A DNA stretch of 63,048 nt, the filler included, from Candidatus Aminicenantales bacterium (GTDB lineage: Bacteria; Acidobacteriota; Aminicenantia; Aminicenantales; Saccharicenantaceae): the NCBI GenBank assembly GCA_049512315.1. It is 3 parts of 3 records of this genome, joined end to end, with 100 filler letters (N's around TTAATTAATTAA, not from the genome) between each part and the next. Parts side by side here need not be neighbours in the genome. Positions count along the whole stretch, not along the records: positions 41,820 to 63,048 come from JBEKXF010000040.1; 2 more parts are not named here. One strand, 5' to 3'. The position numbers and the translations under genes were made by a program. Shown piece by piece: positions 47,833 to 58,600 of the stretch (positions within the stretch are counted from its first letter, which is position 1; each line of letters begins with the position of its first letter). The notes beneath the pieces were generated by a model. That model was not told where the DNA came from and ran no database searches. It saw nothing but the letters and a program-made list of their open reading frames with translations.

Positions 47833-48828
47833 ATGAAAAGACATCCCTTACGGCATCCACCGGCGCTGGCTACTGCCGCGCTCTTCCTGCTCCTGGGCGT
47901 TCTTAACAGTTGCGCGTACCTCGCGCGGTCGGCGACGACCGTCTACCTGAACGTCAATGCCATGTTCTCTTCCAAGGAAATCGAAATAGACCTCGACAAG
48001 TCCTTCATCGAGAGGTACAAAGACAGGGTCAGCATCACTGCGACCTTCACCGTGGACAAGGCGAGGCAGAACCCCATCGCTCGCATGTTCGATGGTGATT
48101 TCCACATGGCGGGCCGAGCCCCCGAGATCGCCCTTCCCGTCGTTGCGGAGATCGCGAATGGCGCTTCCGCGAAGAAGGCGATGGATCTCGTCCATGGCGC
48201 CGAAGGCACGGGCAAACCATTGAAGATCTCCGGCGTGTGGAGGATCTGGCCGGAGCACGGAGGAGGCACGAAACAGGAGCAGGGAGAGCCACTCCTGGCC
48301 ATGGAATCCGATAACCCCAGCCATGTCTTCGAGATTCATCCGGTCACCAGGATCAACGATGTCGAGGTTCTCGATACCTTCAGGCCCATCGAGGGATTTA
48401 TGGGCGGGGACGCTCGGGCCTGTTTCGAAATCTATGAAAAAGTCGAGTGCACGCTCAAGGTCAAACCGAAGACGGTTTCTATTGTCACCCGGAAGGGGCT
48501 CCGCAATGACGTGGAGTTTCTCATGGAGATCACCGATGGGCGACAGATCGAGGTGCCCGGGGGCCGGTTCGTGATCGCCTCGGCGAGGGACCTGAAGGGC
48601 AACTTGCTCGTGGAACGGCTTCGCATAATCTTCGCGAAGGACACGCCTCCCGAGAGAGCGGTAAGGCACCTCAAACGAGGAGCCCGCCTGCATGTCTTCG
48701 GACTGCCGAGGGTGGATTTTGCGGAGGTTTCGCGGCGGGTGAGGAGCTCCCAGACAAACCCTGCCCTCCTCGGCAAGCCCTTGCCGTACGAGATCATCAT
48801 CCAGGGCGTTTACAAGGATGCAAAATAG
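47833..48828 (+). CDS. Hypothetical lipoprotein
   Basis: GGAGGAG RBS; LNSC lipobox; DGDFH and FEIHPV motifs; family not recognised. Confidence 0.75.
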   Translation: MKRHPLRHPPALATAALFLLLGVLNSCAYLARSATTVYLNVNAMFSSKEIEIDLDKSFIERYKDRVSITATFTVDKARQNPIARMFDGDFHMAGRAPEIALPVVAEIANGASAKKAMDLVHGAEGTGKPLKISGVWRIWPEHGGGTKQEQGEPLLAMESDNPSHVFEIHPVTRINDVEVLDTFRPIEGFMGGDARACFEIYEKVECTLKVKPKTVSIVTRKGLRNDVEFLMEITDGRQIEVPGGRFVIASARDLKGNLLVERLRIIFAKDTPPERAVRHLKRGARLHVFGLPRVDFAEVSRRVRSSQTNPALLGKPLPYEIIIQGVYKDAK

Positions 48829-49029
48829 GCCGACGAGTCCGGCCCACGGACATCGCCAGGCTTGATTGTCGAACCGGCGATGGCATTGTCGCCCGCGCCG
48901 CCAAGCTGGAATCAACAACCAGGGCCATCAGGTCTTCATCGTTAGTCGCCTGAGACGCTAACGGTAAAGATGTGATCCCACTTCCGCATTTTCTTCGTGG
49001 AGCACACGGCTTGTCGAAGACATGAGGAA

Positions 49030-49135
49030 TTCAGAGGACGAAGGCGGACAGCAGCTCGGGGCCGTATCTCTAGATGAGCTCGGGCATGACGACCGAGCCC
49101 ACGAATCCCGTCGCCCCGGTGACCAGGACCTTCAT
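49030..49135 (-). pseudogene. N-terminal remnant of an NAD-dependent epimerase
   Basis: MKVLVTGATGFVGSVVMPELI*RYG..., directly after the CPBP gene. Confidence 0.7.
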
Positions 49136-49139
49136 CGGC

Positions 49140-49841
49140 TCACGCGTCCCGACCGCGCTTATGGTGACGGTAATAGAGGAAAGAGTCGTTCCCGATTCCG
49201 ACTGCGGCATGAATGATGACCGTGTACAAGAATGAGCCCGTGGTGTAGGCGATGAGCCCGAAGATGAGCCCCCCGCCCAGGGCGGCGAAAATCTCCGAGT
49301 CGGGGTGGCCGAAATGGTAGACTGTGGAGATAATGGTCTCGACGGTCAGGGCTGGGATCAGACCGACCGCCGCGACCAACGGAAAAAATAGGATCCCGCG
49401 GAAAAGGAACTCCCAGGACAGATAGTAGAAGAAAAGATAGGATGTTTCATAGAGGATAAATTTTTTCAGGCCGGCGCAGGCCTCTTTGGAGAAAGGATAC
49501 TGGCCTTTCATGGCCGGGTCCCGAGAACCGACGAAGGCCGCGAGGAGCGCGACCGGGACGGACGCGGCCATGATCAGAAGGCCTCTTCCCGCCCGGCCGG
49601 CGGCGAGCCCCACGGACGCCAGGAAAGCCCGCGGGTCCGGGGCGGCGATGAGGATGATCAGGACAGGGACAGCCAGGAAGAGGGCGAAGAAGGCCGTGAA
49701 ATAGAGGAGGAAGGCCCGGTAGTCTCCGCGCTTCTTGAGGAGGGTGCGGTGATGAAAGACGGTCATCATCAGGGGGAAGGCTGCCGCGAGGTAGAGGTAA
49801 AGGACGTTCCGGACCGCTCCGGCGCTACTTAATAAACCCAT
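49140..49841 (-). CDS. CPBP (CAAX/Abi) intramembrane metalloprotease
   Basis: WEFLFRG, YHFGHP, IIHAAVG; multiple TM segments. Confidence 0.88.
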   Translation of the reverse strand: MGLLSSAGAVRNVLYLYLAAAFPLMMTVFHHRTLLKKRGDYRAFLLYFTAFFALFLAVPVLIILIAAPDPRAFLASVGLAAGRAGRGLLIMAASVPVALLAAFVGSRDPAMKGQYPFSKEACAGLKKFILYETSYLFFYYLSWEFLFRGILFFPLVAAVGLIPALTVETIISTVYHFGHPDSEIFAALGGGLIFGLIAYTTGSFLYTVIIHAAVGIGNDSFLYYRHHKRGRDA

Positions 49842-50826
49842 CCTCTTTTTCCTTCAGGTACCAGGCTACGATCTCGCGGATTTGCAGGTCCGTCCGGTCG
49901 TCCGGCCGGTAGCCGAGGTCCTCGATCGTTTTCGAGATGTCGTATGTCGTCTCCGAGGTGACGCGCTTGATCCGATAATAGTTGCCCCTGGGCACGAAAC
50001 TGGGCCGCAGCTTTTGGACGCCCTTGAAGATCCCGGCCAGGGCGAAGGCCGACCAGACGGGGACATAAACCCGCTGCTTTCGCCCAACCCCTCTCTGCAT
50101 GCCCGTTAAAAACTCCCGCCATGTCGGGAGGGATCCGTTGGTCACCGTGTAGGCACGGCCCTCGATCCCCTCCTTGGCCAGGGCCAGCTCGGCGGCCTGG
50201 CAAAGGTTGCCGCTGTAGCAGTAGCCGAACCGGTGACGGCCTTTCCCCACGATCAGGGGGACGCCGCGTTCGCAGGCCTTCAGCAACTCGACGCTCGAAA
50301 CCCGATCGTGCGGGCCGAAGACGTCCCCCGGCCGGAGGATGACGACCGGCAGGCCGCGGGCTTTCCACTGGTCGAGAAAAAACTGCTCGGTCTGAAGCTT
50401 GTACCGGGTGTAGGCGAAAAAGAGGGCGGGCTTGCCGGGCTTTTCTTCGGAAATGTCCGCGGCATCGAAACCGAGCGTCAGGGCCGTCGAGATGTGGACC
50501 AGCCGCCGCGGCGGCCTTGGCATCTCCTCGATCTTCCGGGCCAGGTTGACGGCCAGCAGGTAGATGTTCCGGCGGCAGGTCTCGTCGTCGGCCCTGTCGG
50601 AGACGATCGAAGCCGAATGGATGATGTTGTCGATGTCGGCCGGGATCCGGAATGTTTCCGGATCCTGAAGCTCTCCGAAAATGAGCTTGACGTCAAGGCC
50701 CTTCAGACTGTGGATGTCCGACGTCTTGCGGACCAAACCGTGCACGTCCCAACCGCGGGCCAGGAAATGCCGGCAGAGATTCGCGCCGATGAACCCGTTG
50801 GCGCCCGTGATCAGCAGCTTCCTCAC
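49825..50826 (-). CDS. NAD-dependent epimerase/dehydratase (3-beta-HSD-like reductase)
   Basis: ITGANGFIG, YTRYK, ILRPGDVFGP; GTG at 50826 overlaps the upstream stop. Confidence 0.88.
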   Translation of the reverse strand: MRKLLITGANGFIGANLCRHFLARGWDVHGLVRKTSDIHSLKGLDVKLIFGELQDPETFRIPADIDNIIHSASIVSDRADDETCRRNIYLLAVNLARKIEEMPRPPRRLVHISTALTLGFDAADISEEKPGKPALFFAYTRYKLQTEQFFLDQWKARGLPVVILRPGDVFGPHDRVSSVELLKACERGVPLIVGKGRHRFGYCYSGNLCQAAELALAKEGIEGRAYTVTNGSLPTWREFLTGMQRGVGRKQRVYVPVWSAFALAGIFKGVQKLRPSFVPRGNYYRIKRVTSETTYDISKTIEDLGYRPDDRTDLQIREIVAWYLKEKEDGFIK

Positions 50827-51773
50827 GCCTTCCTCCGGGGCCGCGCGGCCGCGTTCCAAGCCCTAGGGAACGCCGGGGCGACGATGATCACAAGCAACGC
50901 GGTCAGAATTCCAGCCACGGTGTCCGAGAGATAATGGAAGCGGAGGAAGAACGTGGAGACGTAAATGGAGATGACGATCGGCGCCAGAACATAGAAGGCC
51001 GTCCGGACATAGCGATGGGCCATGAGCCACATGACTGTCGCGATAGCGCAGTGGGGGCTGGGGAGATTGCTCCCGATCTCGTGGATATGGGTCCGGATGT
51101 GTTCGCCCCAGGCCGTGAAGAAGCCGCCCTTGAGGGGGACTGAATAGGCGTCTGCGATCTGGTGCATGGGGCCGGCGATGGGGAAGATCATGAACCCGAT
51201 GAAGCAGGCGAGGTTGGCCAGGGCCAGGGTCAGCCAGTAATCCTCGAGAGCCCGTTCGCCCTGCTTGAAATAGATCAGGGCGCCGAGAACGGGATAGATG
51301 AAAGCGTACATCACGTAGGCGAACATCAGCCATTCCGTGAGGGGCGGCGAGATGAACCTCTGGAGCCAGACCGTGGGCTGGACTCCGAAAATGGCCTTCT
51401 CCCAGCCGAGAAGGGCTTCGTCCTGCCAGTTACGGACCCATATCAGCTGGAGGCGCTGGCAGATCAGGAAAAGCTCGTAGAGCACGATCTGGACTGCGCC
51501 CGCCCGGACCAGGAAGTACAGGATACGGTTCTTCAGCAGGGGGAGGAGATAGATGGAACCGACGTAGACAGCGGCCCACAACCCCGTTCTGGCGAGCAGG
51601 ATCATCGGGTTGGGGATCCGGTCGTGAAAAACGGCGATCAGGATCGCGAACAGGAGGAGGGATCCCAGGAGGACGGCGTCGGTAACCTGGAGACCGGCCT
51701 TGAGGAAAGAGATGCGCGTGCCGTAGAGACCGGAGATGCGGAGGTTTTTCCCGGTCGATGTCGTCTCCGTCAT
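50823..51773 (-). CDS. PAP2 superfamily membrane protein (IPC-synthase/Aur1-like)
   Basis: D..L..WEKAIFG, FPIAGP, LPSPH, RFHYLSD; multiple TM segments. Confidence 0.82.
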   Translation of the reverse strand: MTETTSTGKNLRISGLYGTRISFLKAGLQVTDAVLLGSLLLFAILIAVFHDRIPNPMILLARTGLWAAVYVGSIYLLPLLKNRILYFLVRAGAVQIVLYELFLICQRLQLIWVRNWQDEALLGWEKAIFGVQPTVWLQRFISPPLTEWLMFAYVMYAFIYPVLGALIYFKQGERALEDYWLTLALANLACFIGFMIFPIAGPMHQIADAYSVPLKGGFFTAWGEHIRTHIHEIGSNLPSPHCAIATVMWLMAHRYVRTAFYVLAPIVISIYVSTFFLRFHYLSDTVAGILTALLVIIVAPAFPRAWNAAARPRRKA

Positions 51774-51825
51774 GCTATTTTCCGCCGGCGTGCCACTTCT
51801 CCTGAATCTCCCTCAGGCGCCGCGA

Positions 51826-52593
51826 TTAGACATCGGCCCGGCCGTGGACGGTCCTGATCAGTTGCCTATTCAACAGGGCGATGGAAAGCCACATCTTCTC
51901 TTGGAAAAGCGAACGTACCCATATGCATCGGCTCGCCATCATGGGAAACCGCACCAGAGCCTTTCCTGATAAGCATACTGTAAAGACATCCCAGCCGTCC
52001 TTTTCTGCAGCCGATGGATAGACACAGATGTGCCGCGGATCCACAAGATGGAATGCGCATCCCAATGCCTTGACAGCAGCTTCCTTGACAGACCAGAGCA
52101 GGGCGGATGCTTTTTTCAAATCTCCGCTTGTCAACCTCAAGGCCTGCTGAAGCTCTTGGATATGGAAGACCCGGTGAAAAGGATACTCTTTTGGGAATTC
52201 ATCTGTCCCTGCCGCATCGATACCAATATCTGAGGTATCTCCGGAGAGGGCGGCCCATATTTTTCCGCCGCCCTCGCTAAAAGAAATGGCCGGCCCCTCA
52301 CATTCTCCCAGAAGGAGTTGCGGCCTGCCAAGCGGGTCGAGGACCACCTGAATTGGCAAATCCGCTCTATTGGAGAAACGACAGTCTGTCCAGGGAGAAC
52401 CTTCCATCCCCACAAGATGCTCCCGCAGAATAGACACCAAATGAATCTTATCTGCCGTCCGGCTTGCTCTGTGACCTGCGGTAGTCTCAGCCTCAGATGG
52501 CGAGTACGCGTATAAGACGGTTCCCCTTTGATGAGGGAAACTTACGGCTTTGACGGTTATCTCCTGGCCATCCATGATCACATCCGCTCTCAT
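51826..52593 (-). CDS. 4'-phosphopantetheinyl transferase
   Basis: GRP, ISFS, IGIDAA, LWSVKEAAVKALG; directly downstream of the PKS. Confidence 0.85.
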   Translation of the reverse strand: MRADVIMDGQEITVKAVSFPHQRGTVLYAYSPSEAETTAGHRASRTADKIHLVSILREHLVGMEGSPWTDCRFSNRADLPIQVVLDPLGRPQLLLGECEGPAISFSEGGGKIWAALSGDTSDIGIDAAGTDEFPKEYPFHRVFHIQELQQALRLTSGDLKKASALLWSVKEAAVKALGCAFHLVDPRHICVYPSAAEKDGWDVFTVCLSGKALVRFPMMASRCIWVRSLFQEKMWLSIALLNRQLIRTVHGRADV

Positions 52594-52610
52594 TTTTTCT
52601 GAACGACGCT

Positions 52611-55600
52611 TTACTCCGAAACTTTCTGCATGCGCAACCCATAAACCTGCATGATGGTGCGGCCTTGATCGTCAATTCCTCTGGCGTCCCAGACGTAGCC
52701 TTTCTCATCCTCCATCCGCATTCGAGCCTCTACAGTGATCTGTTCTCCCTCTCGGCATTTTCGCAAAAATCTCATCTCGCCAACTCCTACGGGAATCATG
52801 GCCTGTTGCTGCGTGGGGGCCATGGCAGCCATGGAGAAGCCAACCAGCTGCATAAGCGCCTCGAAAAGATAAGGTGAGTATTGGTACTGGGCGTTTTGCA
52901 GATGTGCGAAATCACTCATCTGCCGGTAGGTGGTTTGGCCCCGCACCACCCCTGGACCTGCGCCGTCAAGAACGTCTATCACACGGTACCTGCCCTCGAA
53001 TCCAGAGCCGTCTGCGTACCATTGAAGGACCTTGCGATGATCCATGGGCGGCGTCTGCAATTCGTCCAGCCGGACTGGGAAATCAGAGAACCCCTCCCCT
53101 AAATGGCCTTGGCCGCCATCGAGGATGACCTGGCCCATGTCGTGCGGTGTAAAGCGGTCTGTCAATCTTCCTGTTGAAGACATCTCCTGTGCCGAAAGAG
53201 TCACTTCGCACATCGCCTCTCCAGGCAAAGCATCGACTCGCCGACAGGATATCCTGCAAGGCCGTGGAATCCCCGGGGGACATAGTATCATTTCCATAAA
53301 TCTCATCTGGCGAACCCCGCGCACCTGCAGATGAGGATACATAACCCTTGCGGCTTCCATGGATGTCTCCAGAACCATCGCCGCTGAAACCAGAGGATGC
53401 TTGACGAACTTGAAAGGCTTGTGGTCCGCTATCCAAAGGTCCTTCTCCAGAGAAAACGTCCTCACCGCCTCCAGCTTCCCTTGACGCATGTCTAGGCTCG
53501 TGATTCCCTCTATCATGGGTAAATTCTCGCAGCTAGAGGCCACGGTACCTCCCTCCAGTTCCCCGCCGGGTAGAGGATTGATGGTATCATTGATCCGCGC
53601 CGTCTTCAGGGCCGGCAGTCTCCTCATAAACATCACCCAATCGTCGTCGGCCGAGGCCACAAAAAGCTCTCTGCAGAAAAGCCCGGCAAGCTCATTGACG
53701 TGGATGTACCCCACACCCTTTCGCTGCAAAATTTCGCGGACTTCCGGATCCTCGGCCATGCCAGCCCCCTCGACGGGGGGAAGCATCAAAGCCTTGAACC
53801 GCACGGCTCCATGTTTGATGCCCAGGTATCTGATGAACGCCGACATCATCCGGTTGGCTGCAGCGTAATTGGTCTGGCCGGGATTGCCCTGGATGGCGGC
53901 CACCGAGGACAGGCCCACAAAAAACTTCAAGCCCGCCTTTTCTGTCGCCAAAAACAAATTCCGGGCACCGAGGAACTTGACATCCGCGACCATGGAGAGG
54001 TCATCTGGCGTCATTTGGTCAAGGAAACCATCCCTTAAAACCCCGGCGCCGTGAATGATTCCATCGATCTTGCCATAACGCTTGGCCACCTCACCCATAA
54101 CAGCGTCAACCGCCTTGGGGTCCGTGACATCGCAGGCATAGTATGCGGCCTCGATTCCCGATGAGTGTAAATCCGCCAGTGTCTGAGCCATCTCCGATGT
54201 TCCGTGGCCGGAAGTATTCGACTTAGAAAGCAGCGGCCCCGGTGCCGTCTTTGCAGAATGGATCGCTGGACCTATAGGAGTCCTCCCCAGGAAAACTATC
54301 CGTGGCCTGAAGGGCGCAAGGCTGCGAGCCAGGTGAGCGCTGATACCGGATGCACCCCCGGACATCACGACAATGTCTCCAGGATTGAGATTGAGACTTG
54401 AAAGATTTCTGAAGATCGAGGGAGCCACATATCCCTCCGAGGTGAAGACCCGTCCATCACAATGGATCATCTCCACCGCGGTGTATCCTCGGTCCAGAGC
54501 GCCGCGTAAGGCAGCGCGAAGATCGCCAGCTCTGTCGATTTGCAGTGTGCGAAACTGGACCGATGAGTATTCCTGTGATGCGCTCAGGAACATTCCGAGC
54601 ATTCCCTCTGCCAGCAGCCGACCGAGAGTTTCGGCATCATCACGGCAATGAATAAGCACGACGAACTTCTTCGCCGGCGACCGAAGAAATGCCTTCAGCG
54701 GCAAAAACAGTCCCCTCAAAAGCCGCGAAACATCCGCTAGGCCTTTTATTTTTCTCGACCAGCCCTTAGGCAAGCTGATAACCATCCCGGCCAGGGACGC
54801 TAAACTCGATATTCTCTGGGATACCTGACAAGACCCTTCATCCGTCAAAATATCATGACCTTCTTGTCCGGTACCTTTGGCCTGCATAAATAGCAGGGGA
54901 ATCGTGTCAACCCCGTAATCCCGTCGGAAGATATCTCCGACATTTTTGGCCATTTCGTCATGTCTGTTAGGTGAGAAAACAAGCACCGACTCGCCTGGAC
55001 TCAATTTAATGGGGGCCGAGACCGGTAGCTCCATAGGAACGTTTTTGAATAAGAGCCGCTTCAAACTCGCCTCATCCTGTAAGGGCTTCAGGGTTTTATC
55101 TCGCCCTAAGCCGGTTTCAGCCGCCTTGGCGGCAGGCCGGAAGCTGGCACCTTCTTTCCTGGCGACGATCTCGGAAATCTTCAGGGCGATGTCCCTCACG
55201 GTGCGGACATGGATGAAATCCTCAAGTTCGATGGTGATTCCGAAATGGCGTTCCGCGGCATCCATGATGACCGGGAGACGGCTGGAGCGGATGGAGAGAT
55301 CCCTCCGGAGATCCATATCGGGTCGAATCTCATCCCTGTTGAATCCTGTCGCGCCCATGATGATTTGAATAAGCGCCTCTAGATCCTCCTGGCGCTCAGA
55401 GGTCTTGGCGAGGGCAGGGGAGGCCTGTCCGTCCGGGATGGCAGAGCCCAAATGATCCGCCTCGGTGGCAGGCCGTAATCCGGTACCTTTATTCCTGGCG
55501 ACGACCTCGGAAATCTTCCGCGCGATGTCCCTCACAGTGCGGACATGGATGAAATCCTCCAGTTCGATGGTGATTCCGTAATGGCGTTCCGCGGCATCCA

Positions 55601-58600
55601 TGATGATCGGGAGACGGCTGGAGCGGATGGAGAGGTCCCTCCGGAGATCCATATCGGGTTGAATCTCATCCCTGTTGAACCCTGTCGCGTCCATGATGAT
55701 GTGAATAAGCGCCTTTAAATAGTCCTGATGCTCGGACGTCTCAGCGAGGCCAGCGAGGGCCTGTCCGTCCGGGGTGTTGCGGATAGATGCGGGAGCCTTC
55801 CTGAATGCAGAGAGGATGACTATCCTCGGTTCTCTGCGAACCTTCAGGTGCCCTTGAACGAAGAGTTGAGCAAGGGCGGTATTGTACGTGATGCACTCTG
55901 CCGGGGGGATGCAGGTCTGGATGCACACGGAGTCAGGGAGCGTGTCGGTGATGAGATTGCTTAATATATCGCCAGGGCCTACCTCCGCGAAGAGCCGGAT
56001 TCCGTAGTCGTTCCAAAGGGTCCGAACGTTATTCTCCCAATGGACGGTAGACTCGAGGTGGGCCATGAGGATTCGCCTGATTTCACCGGAATCTGATGGA
56101 TACGGCGCCATGGTCGTGTTGGAGATGACGGGGATCTTTGGAGAATGGAACGGAATGGAGGCCACATAGGCCTCGAGTTCGTCATGGATGACCCGCATGA
56201 TAGGAGAGTGGAAGGCCATGCTCACCCGCAAGAGGGTACATCGGTACCCCATCTCTTTCAATTTTTTGCCAAGATTCTTGACCGTCTCGGTGTTGCCGCT
56301 CAGGATGACCTGGTTCGGTGAATTGATATTGCCAATATGGATATTTTCCTGTCCCTTCATCATGTCTTTCAGCATTTCGATAGGGGCATCCACGGCCGCC
56401 ATGACACCGGGATCAATATTCATAGCGGCGGCCTTGTCCATGCAGAGGGCTCTCATGTTCACGATTCGGAACCCATCTTCCATGGAAAATACGCCGGCCA
56501 GGCACAAAGCTGTCAGTTCGCCCAGGCTGTGGCCGGCCACACCCGCAGGATGAATGCCAAGAGAAACAAGATATTGAGCCATGGCATGTTCCAGGGCGAA
56601 CAGGGCAGGTTGCTGCCAGCGGGTCTTCTGAAGGTTCTCCTCTCGATCATGAAACAGCAAGCGCAGGAGGTCGAAGTCCGCTAACGCTGCCGACCGATCC
56701 AGCCACTCTTTGATGACGGGGAAGGACTCGTAGAGTTCCCTCCCCATTCCCATATAGTGGGCCCCCTGTCCGGGAAATACAAAAGCCAGCGGCGGCACCG
56801 GCAAATTCTCAGGGCTGATAAAGATTCCCTGCTGCGCCAGAGACCTCGATGTTTTGGGTGCGGTGATTCCGGCTTCGATAAGAGAGGCCGACTTCTCTAT
56901 GGCCGTGATCGCCTCTTCTTCGGATTCTGCCACGATAGCCATCCGGCAGGACCCGCCGTCAACCTGAGTGCGGAAGAAAGAGACGCCTTGGAGCGCCGAA
57001 TGGTCGCCCTCCGTTTGAGCCTCTTTCCCCAGGGAGATCAATACCTGATCCTCTCCATTCAAGGCCTGTTCCAACTGGACGACATAGTTGGACCCTCCAA
57101 ACCCGAAGGCATTGACCTCAAACCTTCTTGGCTGGCCGGCCCGACGCTTCCAATCAAGCGGCTCCGGGGCGACAAAAAGCCCAGACCCTTCCAGACCAAT
57201 CTGCGGGTCTGGATGCGTATAATTGAGGGTAGGCGGTAAAACCCCCGCCTTCATGGCCGTGACTCCCCGAATGAGACTGATGATGCCCGAGGCACCCAGG
57301 GTGTGTCCGATCTGGGATTTGAATGCGGTCAGCATGGTGTGATTGGAGGACTTGAAGAATGTCTTCAGAGCCCGAACCTCCTCGACGTCTCCCTGCCGAG
57401 TACTTGTGGCATGGCATTCCACCATGTCCACGGCATCGGGTCCATAGGATATCCCGCGGAAGGAGTTGCCGATGGCTATTTCCTGGGTGACACTTGATGA
57501 TTCCACCATACCCAGATGATTATTGCTCGCTCCCATATTGGTAATAATGGCGTGGACCGGCACTCCTCTTTTACGCGCCAGACTCTCCCGCTCAATCACG
57601 ATCATTCCCCCGCCTTCGCCGAGGACCATGCCATCTCTTTGGGCATCGAAGGGACGCGAGCATTCGTGAGCGGGTCTTTCCCGTCCGGATAGTCCGTAAA
57701 GTGCGCCCAGCGCGGAGAATTCGATAAAATGAATGTGGGTGAGCTTCTCCTCACCCCCTCCGACGACGGCGGCATCGATGATTCCGTTTTGTATCATCTG
57801 GATGGCGCTGTGAAGTGCGACCAGTGAGGACGCGCAGGCCGCGGAGACTGAGAAGCTGGGACCCATAAACCCATGCCGGTTACAGATGAAGCCGGCCGCT
57901 GTGCAGCTGAGTCTGCCCAGAAGCGTGGTGTCGTCCGGGGCCATGAATCTGGACTTCAACTCTTTTTCGATGGCTTGCTCCTGCTCCGGCGTTACAGGAA
58001 CCGACTGTCGGATAGCCGCAAGGATATTGTGAACATTTTCTCTGATGATCAAAGGTGTCAGGGTTGCCGCCGACTCTCCCGAGTTCTGGGAGATAAGGAC
58101 TCCGATTCGCTCGGGGGGGATGCCTGACTCCAGGATGCCGGAGGTCCGGATGGCATTTTCAGCCAGCCACATGGTGATCCTTGTGGCGTCGGTCATCGTT
58201 CGAAAATCATGGGGCGGGATCCCGAGTTCGCCGCGCGAGGCATGAAAATCTATAAAGGCAGCGACATTGCAATAGGTTTTATCCATGATGTGCGGCCGGG
58301 GATCATAAAAACGCTCCTGGTCCCACCATGAGGACGGAATACGCGTAATTCCGCTCTTCATGGCCAGACTTGCCGCCCATGTCTCCTCCGGACTCTTCCC
58401 CAGGGCATTAACGATGCTCATCCCAGTGATGGCAACTCTTTCATGATCGCCTTTGCGCACGTCCGCCCGGCCAACACCGAAGGATGGAGTTGTTATCGGC
58501 AGCGAGACGCTAGAGGTCATTTCTTCGCTGGTCCCTTTGAATGGCTGATGCAGGTCAAGAGCCCCTTCGGCTAACTCACGGTGAAAGGACTCCAACTTCT